Notes: generated from the sequence alone by a model not told the origin. A stretch of DNA of 64,000 bases from an uncultured Gemmatimonadaceae bacterium (GCA_964638035.1 CAZWXD010000011.1:24875-88874), one strand, 5' to 3'. Shown: positions 18,463-29,129, counted from the stretch's first letter. Made by a program: numbers and translations.

Positions 18463-18857
18463 GGCGAGAAGTCCCCGGCCTGCGCGGGACGGAACGTCAG
18501 GTCGAACGCCAGGAAGAGCAGCTTGGTGAACGGGTAGAACAGCAGCGGCGCCAGGAGCATGAACACCGCCGCCGTCCACGTGAGGAGGTCCCACGGCGGG
18601 GTGGGCCAGCGCCAGACGATGATGGCACCGAAGAGGGCGACGAAAGCCAGTTCCGCGCCAACCAGGTTGAACATGTAGCTCCCCACCCGGTAGCCCTCCT
18701 CGCCACGCTCCACCTTGAGCCCGCAGGTGGGACACCGGGGCCGGGCCGTGAACCAGCCGGAATACATGTCGCCGCCCCCGCAGTGCGGGCACCGCAGGGC
18801 GATGGCGCGGGTGGCCATGAGGAGTGGGTGGGGGCGTCGCGCTGGCATTCGGCTCAA
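18459..18857 (-). CDS. DUF983-like zinc-ribbon membrane protein
   Basis: CPHCGGG...CPTCG followed by two TM helices. The start may instead be the internal ATG at 18818. Confidence 0.55.
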   Translation of the reverse strand: MSRMPARRPHPLLMATRAIALRCPHCGGGDMYSGWFTARPRCPTCGLKVERGEEGYRVGSYMFNLVGAELAFVALFGAIIVWRWPTPPWDLLTWTAAVFMLLAPLLFYPFTKLLFLAFDLTFRPAQAGDFSP

Positions 18858-18938
18858 GACTAAGCGGGGGGCCCTGACCGGCGCTCCGCGGCCCGCGCGC
18901 CCTACCCGCTCCGTTCACCCCGTCATATCGTTCCCCTC

Positions 18939-20624
18939 TTGATGGCCAACTCCCGCACCGTAACCCCGGTCTCCCTTGTGGCCGTGGGACCCGACACCCG
19001 GTCGCTCCCCCGCCAGCGCGCCCTGCTGGGGTGGCTCTTCGGGGCCCGCACGATCGTCGCGATCGTCACGCTCCTCATTGCCGCCCTGCAGTGGACCACC
19101 ACGCCCGACGTCTCGTTCATCCTCAGCATCTCGGTGCTGCTGACGCTGGTGGCCACCGCCTATGGCTGGTGGCGCACGCGCGTCCGGGGCGGGGACGTGA
19201 GCACCAGCTTCCTGCTGGTGCAGGCCCTGGCCGACCTGGCGCTGGTGACCACCCTGGTGCACTTCGCCAGCGCGCCGGCACTGTTCGCGTCGCTGTACGT
19301 GCTGGTGATCGCGGGGTACGCGATCCTCCTGCCGCCCCGCTGGGGGCTTGCGGTGGCAGCCGCGGCAACGGTGCTCTACGTGGGCGATACCCTGCTGGCC
19401 GGGGGACCGGGCGACGCCGCCTTCTGGGTGCAGGTCATCCTCTTCAACGTGGTGTTCGCGATCGTGGCGGTGCTGGGCAGCAGGCTCCGCCGGGCTGACG
19501 TGGAGCAGGTCACGCTGGAGACCGAACTCCGCCGGGTGAGGCTCGAGGCCGACGAGATCCTGCAGAACATCCGCTCCGGCGTGATTACGGTGGACGCCGA
19601 GGGGCGCCTGGCCTTCATCAACCCCACGGCGGAGCGGCTGCTGGGGATCGATGGAGACCGGCTCCTGGGCCGGGCCATCCTCGACAAGCTGCAGGCGCAG
19701 TCGAAGGACCTGGGGAGTGCCATCGTCGCCGGGATAAGGCAGGGGCGAAAGGTGAGCCGGGGCGAGGGCCTGGTGAAGGCAAATGGGCGGGTATTCCCCA
19801 TAGGCCTCAGCACCACCACCTTCCAGCCCGAGGATCGCGAGACCCCCTCGGTGACGGCGATCTTCACTGACATCTCGGAGCTGAAGCAACTGCAGGAGCT
19901 GCAGGCACGGGCCGAGCGGCTCCAGGCGGTTGCCGCGCTCTCGGCGTCGCTGGCGCACGAGATCCGGAACCCGCTCGCGTCCATCCGGAGCTCCTGCGAA
20001 CAGCTCGCACGCGGGAAGCACGCGAACGACGACGACCAGGTCCTGGCGGCGCTGATCGTCCGGGAGAGCGACCGGCTGAGCCGGCTCCTCAACGAGTTCC
20101 TCGACTTTGCGCGCGTGAAGGCGTCGCGGCACGAGGCCGTGGACCTGCTCGAGGTGGCAAAGGCGGCCGTGCGCATGGTCCAGGCGCACCCCGACTGCGG
20201 CCTCACGGCCGACGTGCGGGTCGAGGGCCAGGCCGCGATCCTGGACGGGGATGAGGACCTCCTGCACCGGGTGGTGGCCAACCTGGTGCTCAATGCGGTG
20301 CAGGCAGCGCGCGGCCAGGAGGTCCACGTGACGGTCCGGGTTGGGGGCATCCCCTTGGCCGAGCTGCCCAATGGGGCCGACTTCGAGCGGGCGGTGCGCC
20401 TGCAGGTGGAAGACGACGGCCCCGGGATCCCCGACGAGGTGCGCGAGCGGCTGTTCGAGCCATTTGTCTCAGGGCGGCCCGGTGGCAGCGGCCTGGGACT
20501 CGCCATTGTCCAGCGGGCGGTAGACGTGCACCGCGGGCTGGTCTACGTTGACACGAAGCTCCGGGCTGGCACGACCTTCACCATCCTGCTGCCCGCCAAC
20601 GCGCTGGGAGAGGAACTCGCATGA
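18939..20624 (+). CDS. pilS: PilS-like sensor histidine kinase
   Basis: Six N-terminal TM helices, a PAS-like segment, H-box LAHEIRNPLASI, ATPase boxes EDDGPGIP and GGSGLGLAIV. Overlaps the downstream activator gene. Confidence 0.8.
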   Translation: MMANSRTVTPVSLVAVGPDTRSLPRQRALLGWLFGARTIVAIVTLLIAALQWTTTPDVSFILSISVLLTLVATAYGWWRTRVRGGDVSTSFLLVQALADLALVTTLVHFASAPALFASLYVLVIAGYAILLPPRWGLAVAAAATVLYVGDTLLAGGPGDAAFWVQVILFNVVFAIVAVLGSRLRRADVEQVTLETELRRVRLEADEILQNIRSGVITVDAEGRLAFINPTAERLLGIDGDRLLGRAILDKLQAQSKDLGSAIVAGIRQGRKVSRGEGLVKANGRVFPIGLSTTTFQPEDRETPSVTAIFTDISELKQLQELQARAERLQAVAALSASLAHEIRNPLASIRSSCEQLARGKHANDDDQVLAALIVRESDRLSRLLNEFLDFARVKASRHEAVDLLEVAKAAVRMVQAHPDCGLTADVRVEGQAAILDGDEDLLHRVVANLVLNAVQAARGQEVHVTVRVGGIPLAELPNGADFERAVRLQVEDDGPGIPDEVRERLFEPFVSGRPGGSGLGLAIVQRAVDVHRGLVYVDTKLRAGTTFTILLPANALGEELA

Positions 20625-22009
20625 GCCAGAAGCCATCGGTCCTGGTGATCGACGACGAATCCGGCATTCTCGACACGCTCCGGATCCTCCTCCGGAACGA
20701 GGGATTCGAGGTCACCACGGCGCAGGGAGGGAAGGCCGGCCTGGAGCAGATCCGCACGGGGGCACACGACATCGTGCTCACCGACGTGCGGATGCCGCAG
20801 GTGTCGGGCCTGGACATCCTGAGTGCCGTGAAGGAGCAGGACCCGATGACGCCTGTCATCCTGATGACGGCCCAGGCATCGCTCCAGAGCGCCATCGGGG
20901 CGGTGAACACGGGGGCCTTCTACTACATCCAGAAGCCGTTCTCCAACGATGAACTGGTGGCGATCCTCCGGCGGGCGTGCGAGTTTCGCGCGATCCGGGT
21001 GGAGAACAAGCAGCTCCGTCAGGAGATCAAGCGCAAGGAGCGGGGCGCCGTCTCGCGGCCCATCGGCAAGTCGCGGCGCTTCCTCGACACCCTCAAGCTG
21101 GCCGAGCATGTCGCGCCCACCGATTCCACGGTGCTGATCCAGGGGGAGAGCGGCACGGGCAAGGAGGTGGTGGCGCGGTACATCCACGAGCTGTCCTCCC
21201 GCTCCGGGGGCCCCTTCCTCTCCATCAACTGCGGTGCATTGCCCGAGAGCCTGCTGGAGTCGGAACTGTTCGGCCATGTGAAGGGGAGCTTCACCGGGGC
21301 GGTGCGCGACAAGCAGGGCCTCTTCGCCGCGGCGCGGGGGGGCACCTTCTTCCTCGACGAAGTGGGCGAGATGCCCGCGTCGCTGCAGGTCAAGCTCCTG
21401 CGCGTGCTGCAGGAGCGGGAGGTGATCCCGGTGGGCGCCACCGAGGCGATCCCGGTGGACGTGCGGATCATCGCGGCCACCAACCGCGACCTGGAGGAAG
21501 AAATGCGGCGGGGCAACTTCCGCTCCGACCTCTTCTACCGGCTCAACGTCATTGCCCTGATGCTGCCGCCCCTCCGGGAGCGCCGGGACGACCTCCTCCT
21601 GCTCCTCGAGGGCTTCCTGCAGACGCTGGCCACGGAATCCGGGGGCGAGCCCAAGGCGCTGAGCCAGGAGGCGATGGACGCGGTGATGGTGTACGAGTGG
21701 CCCGGCAACGTGCGCGAGCTGGAGAACGCGCTGGAGCACGCCGTGGTGCTCTGCCGGGGCAGCCTGGTGGAGCCGCAGCACCTCCCGGAGCGGATCACCC
21801 GGCGGCGGAAGGAGCCGCTGGTGGCGGAACGGTCGTACCGCAACCCGACGCTGGAGGTGATCGAGCGGTCGTACATCATGTGGGTGCTGCAAGCGGAGGG
21901 CGGGAACAAGACGCGGGCAGCGGAGGTGCTGGGGATCGACCCCTCCACGCTGTACCGGAAGCTGGCGCGGTACGAGGAGCAGGTGGCGGAACTCCGGGCG
22001 CAGGCCTGA
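20621..22009 (+). CDS. pilR: PilR-like sigma54-dependent response regulator
   Basis: REC domain (HDIVLTDVRMP), AAA+ sigma54-interaction domain (GESGTGKE, GSFTGA), Fis-type HTH (NKTRAAEVLGIDPSTLYRKL). Confidence 0.85.
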   Translation: MSQKPSVLVIDDESGILDTLRILLRNEGFEVTTAQGGKAGLEQIRTGAHDIVLTDVRMPQVSGLDILSAVKEQDPMTPVILMTAQASLQSAIGAVNTGAFYYIQKPFSNDELVAILRRACEFRAIRVENKQLRQEIKRKERGAVSRPIGKSRRFLDTLKLAEHVAPTDSTVLIQGESGTGKEVVARYIHELSSRSGGPFLSINCGALPESLLESELFGHVKGSFTGAVRDKQGLFAAARGGTFFLDEVGEMPASLQVKLLRVLQEREVIPVGATEAIPVDVRIIAATNRDLEEEMRRGNFRSDLFYRLNVIALMLPPLRERRDDLLLLLEGFLQTLATESGGEPKALSQEAMDAVMVYEWPGNVRELENALEHAVVLCRGSLVEPQHLPERITRRRKEPLVAERSYRNPTLEVIERSYIMWVLQAEGGNKTRAAEVLGIDPSTLYRKLARYEEQVAELRAQA

Positions 22010-22010
22010 G

Positions 22011-22733
22011 GTGACTGCCGGGCCGGGGGACGCCGCTGGCGCGGAAACGCTGGAGATCATGTCGGCTGCCCCGCGGTACAACGCGTGGCAGTTCGAGCAG
22101 ATCGCCCCCTTCATCGGGCGGCGGGTGCTCGAGGTCGGCTCGGGTATTGGCAACATGTCCGAGCACATCGTGGCGGGTGGACGGGAGCTCGTGGTGCTCA
22201 CCGACACCGACGAGTGGTACCGGGAGCAGTTGCGCCAGCGGTTTCGCGACCGACCCGAGGTGCGGGTGGACACGCTCACCCTTCCCGATGCCGCGGCGGA
22301 GGCACGCTTCGGGGCCCTCGGCCTCGACACCGTCGTGGCCCTCAACGTGGTGGAGCACATCGACGACCACGTGGGCACCCTCCGCAGCATGGGGTCGCTG
22401 CTGGCCCCCGGTGGCAGGGTCGTCGTGCTGGTGCCGTCGCTCCCGGGCATCTATGGCACCCTCGATGCCGAGCTGGGCCACTTCCGGCGGTACACCCCGG
22501 CGTCGCTCCGCGGTGCGTTCACCGAGGCGGGCCTGCGCACGGAGTCCCTGAGCTGGTTCAATCGGGTGGGGACCCTGGGTTGGTGGTTCAACGCCCGCGT
22601 GCGCAAGGCGACGCGCATCCCGCTGGGGCAGCTCCGCTCCTTCGATGCCCTGGTGCCGCTCCTCCGGCTGGAACGATTCCTTCCGCTGCCGTTTGGCCAG
22701 TCCCTCATCGCGATTGGACGGCGCAATGGCTGA
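22011..22733 (+). CDS. Class I SAM-dependent methyltransferase
   Basis: Motif [11 protein letters not shown]. An alternative ATG start at 22059 is possible. Confidence 0.8.
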   Translation: MTAGPGDAAGAETLEIMSAAPRYNAWQFEQIAPFIGRRVLEVGSGIGNMSEHIVAGGRELVVLTDTDEWYREQLRQRFRDRPEVRVDTLTLPDAAAEARFGALGLDTVVALNVVEHIDDHVGTLRSMGSLLAPGGRVVVLVPSLPGIYGTLDAELGHFRRYTPASLRGAFTEAGLRTESLSWFNRVGTLGWWFNARVRKATRIPLGQLRSFDALVPLLRLERFLPLPFGQSLIAIGRRNG

Positions 22734-23445
22734 GTACGAGCTTCCCAGGCTGTCGGTCATCGTGCCCGTGTACAACGAGATTCGCACCCTGCGCACGATC
22801 ATCGACCGGCTGCACTCCGTGCCGTTGCCCATGGAGATCATCTGTGTCAACGATTGCTCGAAGGATGGCAGCGCGGAGCTGGTGGACCAGTTGAAGGCTG
22901 AGGGACTGGTGGAGGTGGCCTTCCACCAACCCGTCAACCGGGGGAAGGGCGCGGCGCTGCGCAAGGGCATCGAGCTTGCCACGGGTGACGTCATCGTGGT
23001 GCAGGACGCCGACCTGGAGTATGACCCGCACGAGTTTGGCCGGCTCCTGAGCCCGATCCTGGAGGGGAAGGCCGACGCGGTGTTCGGGTCCCGCTTTGCG
23101 GGTGGCGAGCGCCGGGTGCTGTACTACTGGCACTCCGTGGGCAACAAGCTGCTGACGCTGGTGTCCAACATGTTCACCAACCTGAACCTGACGGACATGG
23201 AGACCTGCTACAAGATGGTGCGGGCCCCCCTCATGAAGTCGCTGGTGCTCACCAGCGACCGGTTCGGCTTCGAGCCGGAGGTCACGGCGCGCCTGGCACA
23301 GGCGCGGGCCCGCATCTGGGAGATCCCCATCTCGTACTCCGGCCGCACGTATGAGGAAGGGAAGAAGATCGGGTGGAAGGATGGGGTGGCCGCGTTCATG
23401 CACATCCTGCGGTACAACATGTTTCCCCCATCCGCCAAGACCTGA
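22726..23445 (+). CDS. GT2 glycosyltransferase, Dpm1/polyprenyl-phosphate sugar synthase-like
   Basis: [30 protein letters not shown] (DxD). ATG overlaps the methyltransferase stop. Confidence 0.85.
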   Translation: MAEYELPRLSVIVPVYNEIRTLRTIIDRLHSVPLPMEIICVNDCSKDGSAELVDQLKAEGLVEVAFHQPVNRGKGAALRKGIELATGDVIVVQDADLEYDPHEFGRLLSPILEGKADAVFGSRFAGGERRVLYYWHSVGNKLLTLVSNMFTNLNLTDMETCYKMVRAPLMKSLVLTSDRFGFEPEVTARLAQARARIWEIPISYSGRTYEEGKKIGWKDGVAAFMHILRYNMFPPSAKT

Positions 23446-23468
23446 CTGAAGGGGGCGGACGACCCTCC

Positions 23469-25532
23469 GTGGATCACTCCAAGCTGTACGCTGGCACCTG
23501 GCCTGCCCGGGTCGCAGCCATCCTGCTTGGTGCATTCGGCCTCCTCCCACTCGCCTCGTGGATCCCAGGCGGCCCCTCGGCAGACTGGTTCACCGCGGCA
23601 GCAGGGGAGCTGGTCTCGGGCACACTCATCGCCATTGGTGGCGGGGTGGCCATCGCCATCCTCTTCCGGCGCCAGCTCATGCGGCTCGAGCCCTGGGTTG
23701 CGAAGGGCGACATGCAGGGGCCGCCTCCCTGGCGGGTGATAGTGGCGACAGCGGGCGTGGCGGGTGCCACCTACGCCGCGATCGCCGGTCGGGTGTTCTC
23801 GCGGAAGCCGCTCATCATCGATGAGATCGTGCAGGCGTGGCAGGCGCGCGTGTTTGCCTCCGGGCACCTCTGGGCCGACACGCCAGCCCGGCCCGAGTTC
23901 ACCGCGGTCCTGAACATCGTCAATGACGGTGCCAAGACGTACGCGCACTTTCCCCCGGGTGGACCGGCGGCCCTTGCACTGGGCGAGCTCGTCGGTGCGC
24001 AATGGCTGGTCGGGCCGTTCTTCGGCATGCTCTCGGTCCTGCTCGTGGGATGGCTGGCGCGGGAGATGGAGCCTCGCCGGCGAGTCGCCCTCCTGGCCAT
24101 GCTCCTCTTCACCTTCGCGCCGTTCACGGCCTTCATGGCCGGCTCGCACATGAACCATGTGCCGGGCCTGACCTTCCTGTTGCTCGGTGCGGCAGGGACC
24201 ATCGCAGTCCTGCGACAGCATCACCCCAGGCCGGGGATCGCGCTCGCGGCGGGCCTGGGGTTCGGCCTTGCGGCGACGATCCGCCCACTTGATGCGGTGG
24301 CATTCGCTCTCCCTGCAGGTGTGTGGTACCTCATCGAGGCCCGGCGGGATCGCGCCCGCGTGGCGGACCTGCTTGCAGCGGGAATCGGTGTCGCGGTGCC
24401 GATCACGATCCTGCTGCTGGTGCAGGATGCGATGACTGGCTCGCCGCTCAGGTTTGGCTATGAGGTGGAGTGGGGCGCCAACGTCGGGCTGGGATTCCGC
24501 GGAGCGCCCTGGGGAGATGCCCATACGCCGCTCAAGGGTCTCGAGCTCATCAGCCTGTATGTGCTCAGGCTCCAGGTCTATCTCTTCGAGACCCCGTTTC
24601 CCTCGCTCATTCCGGCGACCATTGCGCTGGCGTTCGTGCCGGGGCTGTCCAGGGCAGACAAGTACCTCCTTGCATGTGCCGCCCTGCTGGCCGGGGCATA
24701 TTTTGCCTACTGGCATGACGGCTTCTTCCTCGGCCCCAGGTTCTTCTACCCGCTGCTCCCCCTCCTCGCCCTGTGGACGGCGCGCTTGCCGCCGGTCATT
24801 CGCGACCGGCTCGGCGTGGGCCGGGCCTATTGGGTGGCGGCAGCAGCACTCGTCGTTGGCCTGCTGATTGCCGCGGCCGTCAGCGTGCCAATTCGCTGGC
24901 GGCACTATGCCAACAGCTTCACCACGTCACGATGGGATGCCGACAGCGCGGCGGCCGCTGCAGGCGTGCGCAATGCGCTGGTCCTGGTCCGCGAGAGTTG
25001 GGGCGCCCAACTGATCGCCCGGATGTGGGCGCTGGGCCTGCCGAAGGGCGAGGTGGAGTACCTCTATCGGAAGGTGGACGCCTGCCGCCTGGAGCAGGCC
25101 CTTGCCCGGCTGGAGGCCATGCCGCCCCGGAACAGGCCACCCGTGCCGGGCATCATCGCCGCGTTGCGGCCATTGACGGCAGATTCTTCCCGCCTGGTCA
25201 AGTCGCCGTGGTCAGCCGATACGACCGAGCGTACCCTGCCGGGCTCAGCGTACACGCCAACCTGCCTGCAGCGAATCAGCGAGGACCGGCGGGGCTTTAC
25301 GCTGTTCCCGCCACTACTGCTCGCGCGGGGAGGAGGCAACGTGTACGTGCGCGACCTCGGGGAGCGCAACCGTCCAATGCTCCTTGAACACCCCAGCCGG
25401 CCGCTGTACCTGCTGCGCCCTGACGCAGCGACGATCGGCAGTCCGCCGCGGTTCATCCTGCTCCGGCGGGACTCGCTGCTGGCTGGTGCGCCCGGGAGCA
25501 CGGCCACCCCGGACGTGGCGCCGTTGAGGTGA
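23469..25532 (+). CDS. Polytopic GT-C-fold glycosyltransferase (ArnT/PMT-like), putative
   Basis: 10 or more TM helices. First-loop PLIIDEIVQAWQA, then HFPPGGP. Soluble C-terminal domain. GTG start chosen; the ORF track starts at 23373. Confidence 0.55.
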   Translation: MDHSKLYAGTWPARVAAILLGAFGLLPLASWIPGGPSADWFTAAAGELVSGTLIAIGGGVAIAILFRRQLMRLEPWVAKGDMQGPPPWRVIVATAGVAGATYAAIAGRVFSRKPLIIDEIVQAWQARVFASGHLWADTPARPEFTAVLNIVNDGAKTYAHFPPGGPAALALGELVGAQWLVGPFFGMLSVLLVGWLAREMEPRRRVALLAMLLFTFAPFTAFMAGSHMNHVPGLTFLLLGAAGTIAVLRQHHPRPGIALAAGLGFGLAATIRPLDAVAFALPAGVWYLIEARRDRARVADLLAAGIGVAVPITILLLVQDAMTGSPLRFGYEVEWGANVGLGFRGAPWGDAHTPLKGLELISLYVLRLQVYLFETPFPSLIPATIALAFVPGLSRADKYLLACAALLAGAYFAYWHDGFFLGPRFFYPLLPLLALWTARLPPVIRDRLGVGRAYWVAAAALVVGLLIAAAVSVPIRWRHYANSFTTSRWDADSAAAAAGVRNALVLVRESWGAQLIARMWALGLPKGEVEYLYRKVDACRLEQALARLEAMPPRNRPPVPGIIAALRPLTADSSRLVKSPWSADTTERTLPGSAYTPTCLQRISEDRRGFTLFPPLLLARGGGNVYVRDLGERNRPMLLEHPSRPLYLLRPDAATIGSPPRFILLRRDSLLAGAPGSTATPDVAPLR

Positions 25533-25591
25533 TGGCTTGGCGCCTGATCAGGGGGAGCGCGCCAGCCATCGGCCTCGAGTGGGATCTGCCG

Positions 25592-27208
25592 CTATGGCCC
25601 TGGGGCCGGGTGGCGTGCCAGGAGGCTGTCCGCGCGGGTACGTAGCGGGACGAACTCCTTCAAGCCAAGCTGCTCACCCGCCAGGGCGGTCTCCCGCGCG
25701 GACACGACATCGCCCGTCTCCAATTGGCAGAAGTAGAGCCTGCTGCGCGACACCGTGAGGCTCGAGTCGACGGCGAGCGCCTTCCGCATGAACGGCGTGG
25801 CGTCCGCGCACCCCCGCAGGCGACGCACGATGTGCGACAGCTCCTCGAACACGCGAGGGTCGCCTCCGTACAGCCCAGCCGCCTGCAGGAAATGCTGCTC
25901 GGCTTCGAGCAGGCGGCCCTGACCATTGAGCGTAATCCCCAGCGTGTAGTGCGCCCGGTATCCTCGCGGCGAGTCGGCAACCGCCTGGCGCTGCAGGGTC
26001 AGGTCGTCCCTCCAGGCCAGCTGGCGGCGTGCCGAGTGGATACCGCCGAGGGCGACCAGTGCCGCAGCGGCGACCGGCCCTAGTCGGCGAAGCGCTGTTT
26101 GTCCGTGAGCGCGCTCTGCAAGCCACTGCCAGGTTGCCGCGAAGGCGAGCACGACACCGACGGAAGGCAGGAACAGCGTGCGCTCGGCGATGATGACCCC
26201 CGTCACGAACAGGAGGTTGCTGACCGGGGCAATTGCGATGATGGCCCAACCCAGGCCAAGCGTGATCACGGGCGCACCCTTTCGCGCTACCCAGGCAGCG
26301 AGGATGATGGCGACGAGCAGGGCGAGCCCGGCGAGCCCGGCGGCACCGAGCGTGGTTGCGGCGGTGAACTCGGGAGGGCTGTAGGAGATCCGGAGGTGCG
26401 CCGGCCAGACCAGCAGTCGCAGCCAGCTTGGAACCAGGGCGAGCATGGTGAGCGTGCGGCCCTCGATACCGAGGCCCCGCATCCCGAATGCCGGGGCACC
26501 ACCGCCAAGGCCCCCGAGCACAGCGAGGCGCAACGCAAGGGTGCAGAGGAGCACCACGGTGGCGGGCACGATGGCCTCGAAGATGGCGCGCTTGCGGTCG
26601 TGTGGGCGGGCTTGTGGGGCGACGACGGTGAACTCTGCCAGCAGCAGCAGGGCAGGAACGACAAACCCCTGTTCCTTGCTGAGGGCTGCCAGGGCCACCA
26701 GGCCGAGGAGCCCGAGGCGCGCCCCCGGGCCGGCCGTCCCTCGGCGCAGCTTGATGTAGAGTGCCACCGCGCTGATGCTCATCAGGGTGCAGAGGAGCTC
26801 GGACTGGCCCACCACGCCTGCGACGGCCTCGACGTGAACGGGATGCACGGCAAAGAGGGCCGCTGCCCAGAATGCAGGCCCCACGGGGAGCATCAGGCTT
26901 GCCAGCCAGAAGAGCGCGAGCGTCACGGCAGCGTAGGTCGCGATGCTCACCATGTGGAACACCAGGGGATTGCCGTTCCCGGCAGCCCACTGCAGGGCAA
27001 AGAACTGTACGGTCACCGGGCGATGGAGCGCCCCGCTGTGGTACGGCGGCCAGTAGCTCTGCCCCAGGTACGTCAGTGGTGACCCCAGGGTGTGCACCCG
27101 GGCGTTGTCCCGAACCATCGGCACATCGTCATACGTGAAGTCGTTGCCGATGCCTGGCAGCGCGACCGCCACGGCGAGCAGCGTCACCAGCAGGGCGGCG
27201 ATGCGCAT
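25592..27208 (-). CDS. TMTC-like polytopic glycosyltransferase with C-terminal TPRs (DUF1736-type)
   Basis: Internal ATG (MRIAALLVTLLAV). NDFTYDDVPMVRDN, AVHPVHVEAVAGV, many TM helices, C-terminal TPR-like repeats. Confidence 0.7.
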   Translation of the reverse strand: MRIAALLVTLLAVAVALPGIGNDFTYDDVPMVRDNARVHTLGSPLTYLGQSYWPPYHSGALHRPVTVQFFALQWAAGNGNPLVFHMVSIATYAAVTLALFWLASLMLPVGPAFWAAALFAVHPVHVEAVAGVVGQSELLCTLMSISAVALYIKLRRGTAGPGARLGLLGLVALAALSKEQGFVVPALLLLAEFTVVAPQARPHDRKRAIFEAIVPATVVLLCTLALRLAVLGGLGGGAPAFGMRGLGIEGRTLTMLALVPSWLRLLVWPAHLRISYSPPEFTAATTLGAAGLAGLALLVAIILAAWVARKGAPVITLGLGWAIIAIAPVSNLLFVTGVIIAERTLFLPSVGVVLAFAATWQWLAERAHGQTALRRLGPVAAAALVALGGIHSARRQLAWRDDLTLQRQAVADSPRGYRAHYTLGITLNGQGRLLEAEQHFLQAAGLYGGDPRVFEELSHIVRRLRGCADATPFMRKALAVDSSLTVSRSRLYFCQLETGDVVSARETALAGEQLGLKEFVPLRTRADSLLARHPAPGP

Positions 27209-27213
27209 GTGCC

Positions 27214-28959
27214 TCACTTTGCACCCGTGGCCGGCTTGGGCGTCCCGACGCGCGTGACTCGCGAACCAGCTCCCGCGGGCATCCGGACCGAGAAGGGCGG
27301 TACCGATGCGGTCGCGGCACTGTCCGCGAGGAGCATCGCACGCTCGAACTGCCGACGGTGGAAGTCCCACGCCTTGCCCATGCGCGCCACCCGGTACGCT
27401 TCAGGGTACCGCCCGAGCCAGAGGAGGCAGGCGACGAGCGACAACCTGGCATCCGCCCGGCCCGGTGCAACCTGCAAGGCGCGCTCGTACTCGATGACTG
27501 CCGGTTCACACAGGCCGTTGTCACGATAGAGGTCACCCAGGTCGGTCATGGCGGAGAAGGCACGTGGCCAGAGCGCAATGGCGCGCAGGTAGTGATATTC
27601 TGCCGGCCCGTTCAAGCCATGCGTCCTCGCGAGCTGGGCCGCCGAATGGTGGGCCCGGAAGCTCAGTGGCGCATCCTCAAGCGTGCGCTGCCACAGGTAG
27701 TCGTGGTTGTTCCACACGCCAATTCGCTGTGCACTCCGCGCCATCCCTGCGAGCACCAGCAGGAAGAGTACCGTGATGCCAAGGACCTGCACGCGTGGGC
27801 GCACTGCCGTCCACTGGCTGGCGAACCACGACACCACGACCGCTGCCCCCATGGCAACCCCGATACTCGGAAGCAACAGCGTGCGCTCGGCCACCGTGAT
27901 GCCCGTTGCGAGCAGGATGTTGGACACCGGGGCGAGGGAGATCGCAGCCCACAGGAAGCCAAGGGCGAGGACGGGGGCCCGCCTCCAGGCCATCGTGGTT
28001 ACCAGCGCGCTCCCGGCCAGGATTGCGAGTCCGAACCACTGCCAAGGTCCCATGCTCGTTGTCCCGACAATTTCCTGGGGCGAGTAGTCGGCCTGGAGGT
28101 GGGCGGGCCAGAGGAGGAGCCGGAGCCACGTCGGGACCACGCCGAGCATGGTCGTCAGGCGCCCCGCCGGGCCCAGCCCGTAGAAGGCCTCTGCCGCAAA
28201 GGTGCCGGCAAAGTTGCGGAGGACCAGTGTGCGGATGAGCAGGAATACCGCCGTGACCGTCAGCAGCCACGCGCCCAGCCGGATGCGCTGGCGGCGCATG
28301 GCCGGGTCCGCGTGGACCCCGCGCAGGACCGTCAGCTCACACGCGACGAGGAGCAGTGGAAGCACGATCGCGTGTTCCTTGAACAGGCACGCCACGCCGA
28401 ACGCCAGGAGGAGTGTGACCAGTTGCCGGGTGCTGAAGGCGGCCGCGCGCCGGGCATCGATGTATGCCGTGACGCACAGGGTGAGGATCAGGGCGACCAT
28501 GAGCTCACCCTGGTTCACTGCCGTCGCGACGGACTCGACATGGACTGGATGCACCGCGAACAGTGCAGCGGCAATGAAGGCCGGGGTGGGAGCAACCAGG
28601 CGCCGCAGCAGGCCCCAGACCGCCAGGACCAGGGCCACATACACCAGGATGCTCACGGCATGGAGGGCCGATGGGTGTTGCGCCGACAGGTGCCACTGGA
28701 GCGCAATGGAGAGGGTTCCGAACGGCCGGTACAGGTCCGGTGAGAACCCTGGGGGCCAGTAGGGCTTCTGGAAGACATCCAGCCCCGGCTGGGCGACGGC
28801 CGGATTCTTGAGGATGATGGCTACGTCATCGTGCGCCAACTGGTTGCCCACCCCCAACCCCATCGCTCCGATGGCGGCCAGGACCAGGACGGCCCGTGGC
28901 CTTTGAAGCGCGATTCCCGTCAAGCGGCCGACCGCGCGACTTGCAGATTCCAAGAACAT
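27214..28959 (-). CDS. TMTC-like polytopic glycosyltransferase with C-terminal TPRs (paralogue)
   Basis: NQLAHDDVAIILKN and AVHPVHVESVATAV, same TM/TPR layout as the paralogue. Its stop lies 5 nt before the paralogue's start. Divergent from pilA1. Confidence 0.7.
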   Translation of the reverse strand: MFLESASRAVGRLTGIALQRPRAVLVLAAIGAMGLGVGNQLAHDDVAIILKNPAVAQPGLDVFQKPYWPPGFSPDLYRPFGTLSIALQWHLSAQHPSALHAVSILVYVALVLAVWGLLRRLVAPTPAFIAAALFAVHPVHVESVATAVNQGELMVALILTLCVTAYIDARRAAAFSTRQLVTLLLAFGVACLFKEHAIVLPLLLVACELTVLRGVHADPAMRRQRIRLGAWLLTVTAVFLLIRTLVLRNFAGTFAAEAFYGLGPAGRLTTMLGVVPTWLRLLLWPAHLQADYSPQEIVGTTSMGPWQWFGLAILAGSALVTTMAWRRAPVLALGFLWAAISLAPVSNILLATGITVAERTLLLPSIGVAMGAAVVVSWFASQWTAVRPRVQVLGITVLFLLVLAGMARSAQRIGVWNNHDYLWQRTLEDAPLSFRAHHSAAQLARTHGLNGPAEYHYLRAIALWPRAFSAMTDLGDLYRDNGLCEPAVIEYERALQVAPGRADARLSLVACLLWLGRYPEAYRVARMGKAWDFHRRQFERAMLLADSAATASVPPFSVRMPAGAGSRVTRVGTPKPATGAK

Positions 28960-29041
28960 TCAATACACCGAGGGCTCAGGTTGGTGGTAGCCAGCATCGC
29001 AACTTATTGTAAAACTGTAAGTTAGGTGAGCAGCTGGCTCA

Positions 29042-29057
29042 TGGCATATGCATTGCC
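29042..29057 (+). promoter_or_regulatory. sigma54 (-24/-12) promoter of pilA1
   Basis: TGGCAT-atgca-TTGCC with GG-N10-GC spacing, 73 nt upstream of the pilA1 ATG. Confidence 0.7.
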
Positions 29058-29079
29058 CTTGCCAGCACTGGCGTTGCCA
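29049..29079 (-). promoter_or_regulatory. Two overlapping sigma54-like -24/-12 elements facing the TMTC-like genes
   Basis: The minus strand reads TGGCAA-cgcca-GTGCT and TGGCAA-gggca-ATGCA, both with GG-N10-GC spacing. They arise from the direct repeat TTGCCAGCAC x2 on the plus strand. The -12 boxes are imperfect. Confidence 0.35.
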
Positions 29080-29129
29080 GCACGGACTCGGCTCGAACGG
29101 GTCAAATACAAACTTCTGGGAGGTAGGAC

